DNA from: a virus
DNA length: 46,963 bases
IMG/VR virus record: IMGVR_UViG_3300000944_000002
Coordinates: 1-46,963 of that record
Strand: one strand, 5' to 3'
Positions 32,120-41,252 of this stretch are shown here, one piece after another. Made by a program: the position numbers and the translations under genes. The first letter of the stretch is position 1. Each line of letters begins with the position of its first letter. Below the pieces are notes generated by a model. It made no database searches and had not been told where the DNA came from. It worked only from the letters and a program-made list of their open reading frames with translations.

Positions 32120-33330
32120 TTGTCGAATTTCTCATTGGTGGTTGATGTGGTGGATTGCCTTGGGTCGGTCTTAGGTACCAACGTTGGCTTGCCCTTGTTT
32201 GGCTTCACAATCTGTGAAAGTTTATCTGAACCCAATGCGGCTGACAATTCAGTCAGTGTGCTTGGGCTGTAAGTCATTGAAGCGTTGAATTGGTCCTTGG
32301 TGATTTTCCCCTTTTTATGCCATTTGATTATTTGTTCAGTTGCGTTGCCAGTTAGTACACGCCTTCCCCTTCCCTCAACAACTTTGAAAAGCGATTTGCT
32401 TGGGTTCTTCTGTTGACGTAACGCAACCATTTTTTCAAGTTCTGATAAGTAGGAACGTATGCCTTGCGCGTCAATCAAAAGTTCTTCAAGGTCTTTGCCT
32501 TTTAATGTTGGGTAACCAGCACCCATACCAAGTTCACAGTCATCCTTGTATTGATCAATCACTTTTGCAGCAGGCTTGTGCCATTGTGGGCACACGCTTT
32601 TTGCAATGCAGAACTGGCACGTTTTGTCACTACGGTTCAAGTTCACCCTGTACGGTGGCTTTTGAGTGGTCTTGGTTACTTCCAAAAGGTCATAGCAATT
32701 GCCAATTCCAACTTCTAGTTGTTTGACTAGTTCAAAGAACTCTTTGCGTTTGTAACTGATGAACTGTACAGGTTCAACTTGTGTGCATCTTGGTTGTATG
32801 ATGCCCACGGTGAACTTCTTGACCTTCTTTTGTTGCTTGACGGGTAATCCTTTAAACCGGCCCCAAGTGTAGCTAATACCTTGCCAGTTGTTTTTAACAT
32901 GCACAGGCACACCCACACCATTTTTGTAATCTACGGTGATAAGTTCCTTGCCGTTAAACAGCGTGAAGTCAACCTGACCCCTAAACAAATACCTTGGGAA
33001 TATTTTGACATCAGCTTCACTGATGTACTGGCCGCCTTTCTTCTTAATCAATGCCTTAATTGTTTCATAGGCAAAGTACACCGCGTTCAGAGTGCGCCCG
33101 GTGTCAGCTTTGACTACCTTCAACGCGCGCTTAGGCGGTTTTTCTTTTTTGATCAAGCTTTCAAGAACTGAATGACCGTCAGTACCAAGGTCAGCATGTT
33201 CACTTGGTGCTTCTGCTAACTCTTTAAGTTCTTCACGGTAATAGTATGCAAGCGCTGACCAACCGGGACAAGCAAGCGAACGCGCCGCACTAGACGCGCT
33301 CGCTAAATATAGGGCATGACCTTGGGCCAT
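32095..33330 (-). CDS. PD-(D/E)XK / Cas4-like exonuclease (DUF2800-like)
   Basis: N-terminal GHALYLASASSAARSLACPGW pattern, and a C-terminal Cys cluster (CQFCIAKSVCPQW) as in Cas4/AddB-type Fe-S nucleases. Synteny with the SSB-like gene. Confidence 0.7.
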   Translation of the reverse strand: MAQGHALYLASASSAARSLACPGWSALAYYYREELKELAEAPSEHADLGTDGHSVLESLIKKEKPPKRALKVVKADTGRTLNAVYFAYETIKALIKKKGGQYISEADVKIFPRYLFRGQVDFTLFNGKELITVDYKNGVGVPVHVKNNWQGISYTWGRFKGLPVKQQKKVKKFTVGIIQPRCTQVEPVQFISYKRKEFFELVKQLEVGIGNCYDLLEVTKTTQKPPYRVNLNRSDKTCQFCIAKSVCPQWHKPAAKVIDQYKDDCELGMGAGYPTLKGKDLEELLIDAQGIRSYLSELEKMVALRQQKNPSKSLFKVVEGRGRRVLTGNATEQIIKWHKKGKITKDQFNASMTYSPSTLTELSAALGSDKLSQIVKPNKGKPTLVPKTDPRQSTTSTTNEKFDKWQKTNKS

Positions 33331-33333
33331 TGC

Positions 33334-33939
33334 CTATTTGTTTTTCTTTTTGGATTTGGCTTTTTTCTTGCTGGCCGTTTTCTTGCTGGCAGCTTTTTTG
33401 CTGGCCGTTTTCTTTGATGCAGTTTTCTTGCTGGCTTTGTCCTTCTTGCCCTTCTTATCCTTCTTGCCCTTCTTATCCTTTTTGCCCTTCTTATCTTTCT
33501 TGCCAGCGGCGTCCGTCCATGCGCCTGAATCATCACCTGCATTGCCAGCGGGTTGGAACTCTTCAAGCCCTGCAAAAATTTCGTTGACTTGCACCAAGTG
33601 CTTTGGGTCAAGCCCGTTCTTGCCGGTAATGCCCGTTGCACCAAAGTGATTCAGCACAGTCTTCTTTGCATCGGCACCATGCTTATCAGCATAAGCGCGT
33701 GCAAGACGTTGTGCACGGCGTTGGAGTGTTGCGGTTGACTCTTCACCGCCTTCACCGTCATCAGATTGCTTGCCCCCCTTTTTGGTTTTTGGTGGCTGAT
33801 GTGCTTCAGCGGTGACGCCTGCGGGCAACTCTTTGGCGGTCAGTTTATTTTTCTCAGCGTACTTCAAAAGTTTTTCAGACTCGTCTTTGTCTAATCCGTG
33901 AAAACCTATAGTGATTGAACCCATGTTATTTGTACTCAT
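33334..33939 (-). CDS. hypothetical protein with (KKDKKG)n/(ASKKT)n lysine-rich C-terminal tail; first gene of the leftward replication operon
   Basis: ATG at 33939 or 33924 (the track start at 33984 is less likely). The tail reads GKKDKKGKKDKKGKKDKKGKKDKASKKTASKKTASKKAASKKTASKKKAKSKKKNK, encoded by 15-18-bp DNA repeats at 33334..33520. Confidence 0.65.
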   Translation of the reverse strand: MSTNNMGSITIGFHGLDKDESEKLLKYAEKNKLTAKELPAGVTAEAHQPPKTKKGGKQSDDGEGGEESTATLQRRAQRLARAYADKHGADAKKTVLNHFGATGITGKNGLDPKHLVQVNEIFAGLEEFQPAGNAGDDSGAWTDAAGKKDKKGKKDKKGKKDKKGKKDKASKKTASKKTASKKAASKKTASKKKAKSKKKNK

Positions 33940-34023
33940 TTTGTGATTGGTGGCCAAACAGGATACAGCCAACGCGCCGCGCACGTCAATTGACTATTGA
34001 CATGGCCAACTAAGTCACACAAA

Positions 34024-34890
34024 ATGGCCCACCACCACAGGCAACCACCACGATATGCAATGCCAAAACAAGCACACCACTTGCACAAAACCCTTCAATG
34101 GCCGCTATTCAAAACCGGTGGTGAAGACCGGAAAGCCCCGTCAGTACGCAAGGGGTCAAGCTGGCAAGACAGGCAGAACCATCACCCGCTAACTGATAAA
34201 CTTCTCAAAGGCGCACGCAACGCCAAGTGGGGGCTGGCCTCACCCATACCTGAAGGTGTCATCGTCATAGACATTGATGAGCACAAAGCGCTGAAACGTT
34301 TATGTGATGCAATCGGCTTCAATAAGCTTTTGCAAACAACTCTTGCGGTGAAGACTGGTAACGGTTACCACCTGTACTATAAACTTCCCAAAAAGTTTGA
34401 AGTGCGTCAACTCAAAAAGAAAGTCAAGGCGTTCAGGAATATTGATTTGCGCACTCATGGTATGTACATGGTTGTCCCGCCTACGGTACATCACACAGGC
34501 GTTTCTTATGAACAGATTGACAACCCACACGACACACCGCAACCAATGCCCAAAGCTTTGCGCAAGTACATCAAGGCGGCTGTCAAAGCGTTAGGTGAAA
34601 AACGTGGCGGTGCATTGACATCAAGTGACCTTGATGCAATTGCCAATGAGTCAGTTGAACCGTTCTTATCTTTTGAAGACTTTCAAACGTTACTTGATAG
34701 TTTGAACCCTGAAGACTTTACAAACATGGAAGATGAATTTGTGCCGTTGTTGTTGTCGTGCCATTACACAATGCGTGGAAGTAAAAAGGCGCGTGAAATG
34801 TTTATTGAATGGGCACGCATAGACGTTGCCTATAACACCAACAAACATGTGCGGGTGAATCGCATTATGTGGAACACTGCCAAACTGTGA
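34024..34890 (+). CDS. archaeo-eukaryotic-type primase-polymerase (Prim-Pol) with the first half of a PriCT-2-like domain
   Basis: Motifs VIVIDIDEH (DxD), GNGYHLYYK (sGxH) and DLRTHGMYMVVPPTVH. C-terminus FIEWARIDVAYNTNKHVRVNRIMWNTAKL. The start is uncertain (TTG 33997, ATG 34024 or ATG 34060). Confidence 0.75.
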   Translation: MAHHHRQPPRYAMPKQAHHLHKTLQWPLFKTGGEDRKAPSVRKGSSWQDRQNHHPLTDKLLKGARNAKWGLASPIPEGVIVIDIDEHKALKRLCDAIGFNKLLQTTLAVKTGNGYHLYYKLPKKFEVRQLKKKVKAFRNIDLRTHGMYMVVPPTVHHTGVSYEQIDNPHDTPQPMPKALRKYIKAAVKALGEKRGGALTSSDLDAIANESVEPFLSFEDFQTLLDSLNPEDFTNMEDEFVPLLLSCHYTMRGSKKAREMFIEWARIDVAYNTNKHVRVNRIMWNTAKL

Positions 34891-36935
34891 AAAAGAAACA
34901 TGCGCAAGACAAAATCAAGCAAGCACGTGGCAAGTCACAAATCACCTTTAGAACGCTCATTAACATTTGCAAAGAGCACAGCACGTTACCACCGGCGTTC
35001 TATAGGCGGTTCAACAAACAAGGTGCGCAAGCCCAAGCGTCAGCAAAGTTTGATGAGTATGCAAAGCAAGCCAACCTGACAACTAAAAAGAAAGGCAAAA
35101 AGAAGTCTGACGTTGAAACGTTTGATGACGGCAATGACAACTTGCAGGTCATACAAGATTTGATTGACACCATTGATGGTGATGATCTTCAGAGTCAAGC
35201 AAAGACTGAAACGCTGTTCCGCATGGTTAGGGAACTGAACCCCACTGCACGGGTGTTGGCTGAAAACGCTATCAAGAAGCACCTGAAGATGACACAGCCT
35301 CAAATTGATGCCATCAAACGCGCGTTGATGAATGAGGGCAAAGAAGACAGTGACCCAACACAAGCTGAAGTTGATTTGATTCAACAGGTCACGGCGGCAT
35401 ACAAAAAAGAGCGCAAGACAGACTCAGATAACCCAAGCATCATGTATACCGCCGGGTCGTTCTTCAGGTTCAACGAAAAGCTGAAGTTGTACATACCGCT
35501 GTCTGAACACTCTGTTGCGTCCGACCTATACAAAATAGTCCATCGCATCGCTGTCTACAGCCCCGGTGACAAGCCCATAAACATAAACACCATTGTCAAT
35601 GAGTCATTGAAACGTGTACAGCTTGAATACAACGGTGAAGACATTTTTGCAAAGTCAGGTCACTTGCAAGCGTTTGACAAAAGTGAGATTTGCAATCCGG
35701 CTGACTTCAATTACACAATGACTGATATTTTCACGAACGTTGAGAACGCACAGATTGCTTCGGGTGACGTGACGCTGTACTTGAACAATGCTGAAGTGAA
35801 GATTGCAACAGGTAAAAAATCAAAGTCAATACCAAGGCACAACATTCAAAAAGACTTGAAGGGCAAACAGTCAATAAGAGATTTGCTTGTCATGCAACAT
35901 GATCTTGACAACATGAAACGTAAGGGTATGGTCAGCGTTGACTTCCAAAGACGTGGACTATTCTATAGCTCAAAGATGAACGCCAACCACATGTCAACAA
36001 AGAAGTTGTTGAAAGCAATTAACAACGGCGGGGCAAAGAACTTCATACATTTTCTTGATTGTGTGACCGCCCACCTCAGTAAGAAACGCCGGGCGCAATT
36101 CATTGCGGCGTACCTTGACATGTTGGCTTACATCATGCAGCCAATCAAACGTCACTCTTGTTTTTTCATGATGTATGGCAATGGTGAGAACGGCAAATCA
36201 TTTGGCAACAAAATTTTGACAACAGCTATTGGGCGCAACGCGATTGAATCACGTGGCCTTGAGGCCGGTGCGGAGAACCCACGCTTTTTTGAGAACTCAT
36301 TGCACGGCAAAAACGTCATTGTTGATGACGATGTTGGTCAAATTTCACCAAAGTTTGTTGCACTGCTAAAAAGGTACAGCAACGGCAATGACATCATAAG
36401 TGCTGAACGCAAAGGGTCAGACGAACGAATGAAGTTCATGTTGCGTGCGTCAATGGTGATGTTGTCAAACAGGCGGGTGAGCGTACAAGATGGTTCCTTT
36501 GGCTTCATTAGACGTGCACACCCTTTTCACTTTGGCTCAAGAATTGACGGAACGTTTGACAGGTACAAGCACGGTGATGTTCTGTTGCGTGATGAAATTG
36601 ATGTTGTGTTCAACCTGTTGTTGTTACGTGTGCCCCGTGTTGTTAAGAACGGGCCACAGCACACTAAAGACATGAAACATGAGATTGGTGAAATGACTTC
36701 AAACGGATTCACGGATCACTTCTTAAACCAACGGCTTATTGCCAAGAAGGGCGAACGTATTGCACTCAAAGACGTTTTGGCCGCATTGATGTTTGAGACA
36801 ACTGAAATTGCAGGCGAATCAAAATCACAGCCGCGCACTGTCAGTTTCTTAAAGTTGCAAGAGATTGTTGTACAGCGTGGGTTCATGATAGACAAAAAGA
36901 AACGGGTGATAAATGCCAAACTTAAAAAGAAGTGA
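34869..36935 (+). CDS. D5 / P4-type primase-associated SF3 helicase (VirE/DUF5906-like)
   Basis: Walker A YGNGENGKS and Walker B NVIVDDDV. GTG start at 34869 overlaps the upstream ORF by 22 nt in the -1 frame. The N-terminus ITFRTLINICKEH looks like the end of a PriCT-2 domain. Confidence 0.75.
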   Translation: MEHCQTVKKKHAQDKIKQARGKSQITFRTLINICKEHSTLPPAFYRRFNKQGAQAQASAKFDEYAKQANLTTKKKGKKKSDVETFDDGNDNLQVIQDLIDTIDGDDLQSQAKTETLFRMVRELNPTARVLAENAIKKHLKMTQPQIDAIKRALMNEGKEDSDPTQAEVDLIQQVTAAYKKERKTDSDNPSIMYTAGSFFRFNEKLKLYIPLSEHSVASDLYKIVHRIAVYSPGDKPININTIVNESLKRVQLEYNGEDIFAKSGHLQAFDKSEICNPADFNYTMTDIFTNVENAQIASGDVTLYLNNAEVKIATGKKSKSIPRHNIQKDLKGKQSIRDLLVMQHDLDNMKRKGMVSVDFQRRGLFYSSKMNANHMSTKKLLKAINNGGAKNFIHFLDCVTAHLSKKRRAQFIAAYLDMLAYIMQPIKRHSCFFMMYGNGENGKSFGNKILTTAIGRNAIESRGLEAGAENPRFFENSLHGKNVIVDDDVGQISPKFVALLKRYSNGNDIISAERKGSDERMKFMLRASMVMLSNRRVSVQDGSFGFIRRAHPFHFGSRIDGTFDRYKHGDVLLRDEIDVVFNLLLLRVPRVVKNGPQHTKDMKHEIGEMTSNGFTDHFLNQRLIAKKGERIALKDVLAALMFETTEIAGESKSQPRTVSFLKLQEIVVQRGFMIDKKKRVINAKLKKK

Positions 36936-38916
36936 ATGCGCACGCATTGATTTTGAAACAAGGTCACGCGTTGACGTGCGCAAGGTTGGCGCACATGCTT
37001 ACGCCCGGCACCACTCAACCATTGTAATGTCAGCAACTATCACTTGGCGTGACCGCAAGGTGTTGTTCAACCCTGCACAAAACCGCAAACAAGCGCGCAA
37101 GTTGATCAAAGAGATACATGCAAGCGGTGATCAAATAGCCGCTTACAATTGGTCTTTTGAATATGAGGTAATCAAGTGGGTGTGTACCCGGTTGTATGAC
37201 TGGCCTATGTTCAAGCCTGACAGGTTCACTTGCACATTAGCCAAGGCGTTGCGCTTTGGGTTGCCTGGCAAATTAGAAGTTGACGCTGAGTTTTTGGGTG
37301 CAGTGCCAAAGGATAAAGAAGGGCACCGTATTATGCTAAGACTCACTAAGCCACGCCCAGCACGCAAAAGTGAAAACCCAAACCACCTGTACTTTGACAA
37401 TGACCCTGAAAAGCATAGGCGCTCACAGTTGTACAACATGCGCGATGTGTTCACTGAACGTGATGTTGACGAACAGTGCCCTGACTTCAGCAAGCGTGAA
37501 TTGAAAATCTATAGACTTGATCAAAAAATGAACGTGCATGGTGTGCGCCTTGACGTTGAACTGTGTCATGGTGCTTTGAAAATTATGGCCGAATACCGTA
37601 AGGAATTACTTGACGATATACCAAAGAAAGCTTGGCGACACTTCCACAGCATTGGTCAGCGTGAAGTTATCAAACAGCACTTGAATAGCAAATTGAAAAA
37701 GCGTGACTGGTTACCAAACATGCAAGCCGACACACTCAACACGTTTTTGCTGACTTGCACCAATGGCTATGTGCGCAAAATCGTGACCGCTTATGTTGAA
37801 GCCGGTGGGTCTGCTGTTGCTAAGTATGCAACCGCACTTGACATGCAACAAGAGGGACGGCTGGTCCACAACCTTCAGTTCTGTGGTGCATCAAACACAG
37901 GTCGTTGGGCTGGACGTGGTGTGCAAATGCAAAATATTTTCCGGCCCATTGTTGATTTTGATGAACGTGCGGTCAGTCTTATTCAATCGGGCAACTATAA
38001 GAAGTTCAAGAACTATTGCAAAAGCCTGAAACTAAACACTGACAAGACCAAAACAGCCACGGTGTCTGACGTGCTGAAGTCTTATATGCGGTCAATGCTT
38101 GTTGCTGACCACGGTTGTTGGTTCTCAGTGAATGACTACAACGCAATTGAAGCGCGTAAGGTGTTCTGGTTTTCTGGTTGTAAGAAAGGCACACGCATAT
38201 TCAAAAAAGGTGATGACCCGTACAAGCACATGGCTTGCGTAATCTACGGTATTAAGATGAAAGACGTGACAAGTCAACAACGCTTTGTTGGCAAGCAAGC
38301 AATTCTTGGCTTGGGGTATGGCATGGGCGCGCCCGCGTTCGTTGAGCAATGCTTGAAGTTTGGTGTTGTCATTACGCTTGGTCTTGCATATAAAACAGTG
38401 AACAGTTACCGCAAAGAGTTCAAAGAGGTTGTCGATTACTGGCACCAAATGGAACGCACCGTCAAACAATTGCTAGAAACAGAAGTTAAAGGTCGTTGGG
38501 TTGAATGCGGGCTTGTGCAGTACATGTGGGACGGTTTGAACATTCAATGCAAACTTCCATCAGGTGCAATACTTTACTATCACCGAATGAAGATAGATGA
38601 CAATGAACGGCTGTCATACTACACAACCCCAAGGCAAGGCGGTAAAGCGATGGTGCCCCGATCAATTTGGGGCGGCACATTGTTTGAAAACATTTGTCAG
38701 GCGTCAGCACGTGAACTCATGGCTGATGCCATGCTTAAGCTTGACGCACACGGCTTTGTTAATCAACTCACTGTTCATGATGAAATGATCAACCGCATCA
38801 CTCACCCTGAACAGCACAATGAAGTTCAACAACTAATACTTGACACACCCAAATGGGCCAAGGGTTTGCCAATCGCTGTTGAAGGTGAGTGTATAGATAG
38901 ATACAGAAAGGTATAG
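36913..38916 (+). CDS. family A DNA polymerase with 3'-5' exonuclease domain
   Basis: Exo I IDFETRS; motif A DYNAIEARKVFW; motif B RFVGKQAILGLGYGMG; motif C LTVHDEM. Confidence 0.85.
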   Translation: MPNLKRSECARIDFETRSRVDVRKVGAHAYARHHSTIVMSATITWRDRKVLFNPAQNRKQARKLIKEIHASGDQIAAYNWSFEYEVIKWVCTRLYDWPMFKPDRFTCTLAKALRFGLPGKLEVDAEFLGAVPKDKEGHRIMLRLTKPRPARKSENPNHLYFDNDPEKHRRSQLYNMRDVFTERDVDEQCPDFSKRELKIYRLDQKMNVHGVRLDVELCHGALKIMAEYRKELLDDIPKKAWRHFHSIGQREVIKQHLNSKLKKRDWLPNMQADTLNTFLLTCTNGYVRKIVTAYVEAGGSAVAKYATALDMQQEGRLVHNLQFCGASNTGRWAGRGVQMQNIFRPIVDFDERAVSLIQSGNYKKFKNYCKSLKLNTDKTKTATVSDVLKSYMRSMLVADHGCWFSVNDYNAIEARKVFWFSGCKKGTRIFKKGDDPYKHMACVIYGIKMKDVTSQQRFVGKQAILGLGYGMGAPAFVEQCLKFGVVITLGLAYKTVNSYRKEFKEVVDYWHQMERTVKQLLETEVKGRWVECGLVQYMWDGLNIQCKLPSGAILYYHRMKIDDNERLSYYTTPRQGGKAMVPRSIWGGTLFENICQASARELMADAMLKLDAHGFVNQLTVHDEMINRITHPEQHNEVQQLILDTPKWAKGLPIAVEGECIDRYRKV

Positions 38917-38918
38917 GC

Positions 38919-39293
38919 ATGGCTGCAATAAGAAAAAAGCGATGGAACAAAAAAGCTTTCGGAAAAACAAAGCGCCGTGAGTCTACCGTTGAGCAATGGT
39001 CGCGCAACCACGCAACAAAAGAAGCATACCAACTGACCAAGTATGAAGTGCATGTTGGTGACGCTGACAACATACTCACGGGCATCGCTATTGCACCGGC
39101 TGTTGTGTTTGTTGAGTTCAAGACACTTGAAAAACACAGCAAGTTGTCAGAAGCTCAAAGTGATACAGGCAAAGCGTTGAAAAAACGCGGGTACCCTTAC
39201 TATGTTATACGCACCAAAGAAGAGTTCAAAAGCCTCATCATTCATCTTGACAAGCACGGCGTGGAAAAGAAGTGGAAAAGAAAAAAGACTTGA
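38919..39293 (+). CDS. VRR-NUC domain nuclease
   Basis: VVFVEFKTLEKHSKLSEAQSDTGKALKKRGYPYYVIRT matches the E.K...g.lS..Q......l...G core. Conserved position between PolA and the SNF2 helicase. Confidence 0.7.
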   Translation: MAAIRKKRWNKKAFGKTKRRESTVEQWSRNHATKEAYQLTKYEVHVGDADNILTGIAIAPAVVFVEFKTLEKHSKLSEAQSDTGKALKKRGYPYYVIRTKEEFKSLIIHLDKHGVEKKWKRKKT

Positions 39294-40756
39294 AGGCAAC
39301 ACTTGATGACAAACAAGCCTTTTGTTTTGAGTTCATCAAGTACGTCACACACTTTGCGCTGTTCTTGGGTGCTGGTGCAGGCAAAACCCGGCTGATGATT
39401 GCCCACATGTTTTGGGTCAAGATATACGTGAATCCAAAATGCAAGTTTCTTATTGTCACACCCAAGGCCAACGCAATCGACACTTGGCCAACACAACTGA
39501 AACAAATGGCACGGGAACACGGTGTCAAGTTGAACATGTATGTTGAGCATAAAGAATACACGCAACAAATCATCAAGCCTAATGTCAATTGCAAGTACAG
39601 TGCTGACTTCATAGTTGTGTCATACGAAACACTGAAGCGGTTGGGCTGGCATTTAAACAACAGCTATTTTGATTATATGGTTGTTGATGAAAGTCACAGA
39701 ATCAAATCTTGGCGGTCAGGTGCACTGTCAGTTGTTGGTGTCATGGCTGAAACATGTTCAAGGGTTTACTTACTTAGTGGCCTTCCCGCACCCAAAGACA
39801 TTGGTGACCTTTACCCTCAGACATTTGTGCTTGATGGTGGTGAACGTCTTGGTGGTAACCTGTCAGCATTCAGGTCAAAACACATGCAACAATCAGAACG
39901 CAATGAACATGTATGGCGGCCAAAAGGTTGGCCAAACATTAAGAAAATGGAAAAGACCCGCAAGGGTGTATTGAAAAAGATACGTGACATTTGCATCACG
40001 CTTGAAACTGAAGAGTTTGTACCTGATGTGACAAAGGCTAATTACCACACCATTGACTTTCAACTGAAGCCAAAAGAACTGAAGAGGTACAAGCGATTTG
40101 CTAAGAAGCATATCCTTGCTATTGCTGGCACCAAGTTCAAAGCCAAGTCAGGCCCAGTGCTTCAGAACAAATTGTTGCAGTACATTTCAGGGAACGTATA
40201 CCTTGACCCTGACCCTGACGTAAAGCAACGCGGCCCAAAGAAGTACAAGCGCACAACTAATCAAAGAATGAAAGCGCTTGATAAGCACTTGGAAAAGACG
40301 TACAAGCCCGGTGACAAGCTCATCATCTCATGGGCCTACCGTCACCAAGTTGATGACATCTTGGCTGTGCTACGCAAGCACGTAAAGCACAACAAAATCT
40401 TTGTGAAGAACTCAACCAACAGTACAGTGAACTTGGTACGCGACTGGAACAACGGACGCAAAGATGTCATTGTCAGTTTTGCGTCGAGTATTGCAGAAGG
40501 GTTAAACCTGCAAGAGCACGGCGGCTCAATTATCTTCTATTCACTCACATACAATTACAACCATTTTTACCAATTGGTCAGGCGCATCAAGCGCCGGGGT
40601 AACCCCAATGATGAGTGTGATGTTTATGTCATCAATTGTGTGGGCACTGTTGACATTGAAGTTAGCAAGAACATCATTCAAAAAGAAGAGTTTGGCGGTA
40701 AGCTCATGACAACATCACAAATCATCACCGCCACCCTCAACAGCATTGACACTTGA
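39272..40756 (+). CDS. SNF2/DEAD-like helicase
   Basis: Walker A GAGAGKT, DExH box VVDESHRIKS and C-terminal helicase motif SIAEGLNLQ. The start is non-ATG (GTG 39272 or TTG 39290). Confidence 0.8.
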   Translation: MEKKKDLKATLDDKQAFCFEFIKYVTHFALFLGAGAGKTRLMIAHMFWVKIYVNPKCKFLIVTPKANAIDTWPTQLKQMAREHGVKLNMYVEHKEYTQQIIKPNVNCKYSADFIVVSYETLKRLGWHLNNSYFDYMVVDESHRIKSWRSGALSVVGVMAETCSRVYLLSGLPAPKDIGDLYPQTFVLDGGERLGGNLSAFRSKHMQQSERNEHVWRPKGWPNIKKMEKTRKGVLKKIRDICITLETEEFVPDVTKANYHTIDFQLKPKELKRYKRFAKKHILAIAGTKFKAKSGPVLQNKLLQYISGNVYLDPDPDVKQRGPKKYKRTTNQRMKALDKHLEKTYKPGDKLIISWAYRHQVDDILAVLRKHVKHNKIFVKNSTNSTVNLVRDWNNGRKDVIVSFASSIAEGLNLQEHGGSIIFYSLTYNYNHFYQLVRRIKRRGNPNDECDVYVINCVGTVDIEVSKNIIQKEEFGGKLMTTSQIITATLNSIDT

Positions 40757-41017
40757 CATGATTTCAAGCAATGTTGCCCGGTCAACGTTACATTGCAAGA
40801 CTGCCGTTTCATACTCAATCAGTCGTGCTACAACATCACGGTAGGTGTTGATTGGATTATTCTCAATCGGTATGGGGGCCAACAGTCCCGGCGGTATTGG
40901 CGGGGCTTGAAACACCACTTGTGTCGGCGGTGCTTGGAAAATTGAACAGCCCGTCAAAATCAATTGGCACATCAAGACAAGCGTGCTCAATGTTCTGAAG
41001 TGTTTGGAGTTTGTCAT
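40715..41017 (-). CDS. o-spanin (outer-membrane lipoprotein, Rz1-like)
   Basis: ATG at 41017 with a GGAAG box upstream. MTNSKHFRTLSTLVLMCQLILTGCS has the lipobox L-T-G-C, and the mature part is Pro-rich (FQAPPTQVVFQAPPIPPGLLAPIP). It starts inside the i-spanin gene in another frame and extends beyond it (overlapped architecture). Confidence 0.75.
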   Translation of the reverse strand: MTNSKHFRTLSTLVLMCQLILTGCSIFQAPPTQVVFQAPPIPPGLLAPIPIENNPINTYRDVVARLIEYETAVLQCNVDRATLLEIMSSVNAVEGGGDDL

Positions 41018-41252
41018 AGTAGTCTTCCCGTAGCGCGTCCCTGAAGTTTGTATTGGCTGCAACAGCGTGGTTGATCGCTTTGATGTCTTCAGCATATTTT
41101 TGCACCTGTGCGACTTCAGTGTGAAGGTTTTCATTTTGCAGCCTCAACAATTCATTGTCTGATTTGAGCCACTTGAACCCGGTGCCGATTGCGGCAACGA
41201 TAATGAGCGGCCAAAGGTGCCGCCCGGCAATTGATGCAATGGTTTGAATCAT
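40863..41252 (-). CDS. i-spanin (Rz-like)
   Basis: 129 aa. N-terminal TM segment (HLWPLIIVAAIGTGF), then coiled coil (NELLRLQNENLHTEVAQVQKYAEDIKA). Follows the holin gene. Confidence 0.75.
   Translation of the reverse strand: MIQTIASIAGRHLWPLIIVAAIGTGFKWLKSDNELLRLQNENLHTEVAQVQKYAEDIKAINHAVAANTNFRDALREDYYDKLQTLQNIEHACLDVPIDFDGLFNFPSTADTSGVSSPANTAGTVGPHTD

Noticed and set aside
33330-33649. Plus-strand ORFs (33330..33587, 33338..33649) encoding P/F/L/S-rich repeats
   Set aside because: They are mirror images of the lysine-repeat coding sequence on the minus strand (aag/aaa read as ctt/ttt). They lie wholly inside a better-supported gene.
33991-34030. TTGACT/TTGACA hexamers (33990..34002) as a sigma70 -35 box for the primase operon
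   Set aside because: The best -10 candidate 17 nt downstream is weak (caaaat) and would overlap the ATG at 34024. Without transcript mapping I could not place a promoter confidently, so none is called.
34876-34900. A canonical -1 slippery heptamer that could fuse primase and helicase ORFs (A-rich gtgaaaaagaaac)
   Set aside because: The zero-frame TGA (34888..34890) precedes the A-run, and no X_XXY_YYZ heptamer lies in register upstream of it. Programmed slippage is therefore unsupported. An indel or a genuine split gene is more likely (reported as a finding).
40715-41134. Full 139-aa version of the o-spanin ORF
   Set aside because: The first 39 codons lack a signal-like character. The internal ATG at 41017 has an SD-like box and yields a canonical signal peptide plus lipobox, so the shorter product is called.
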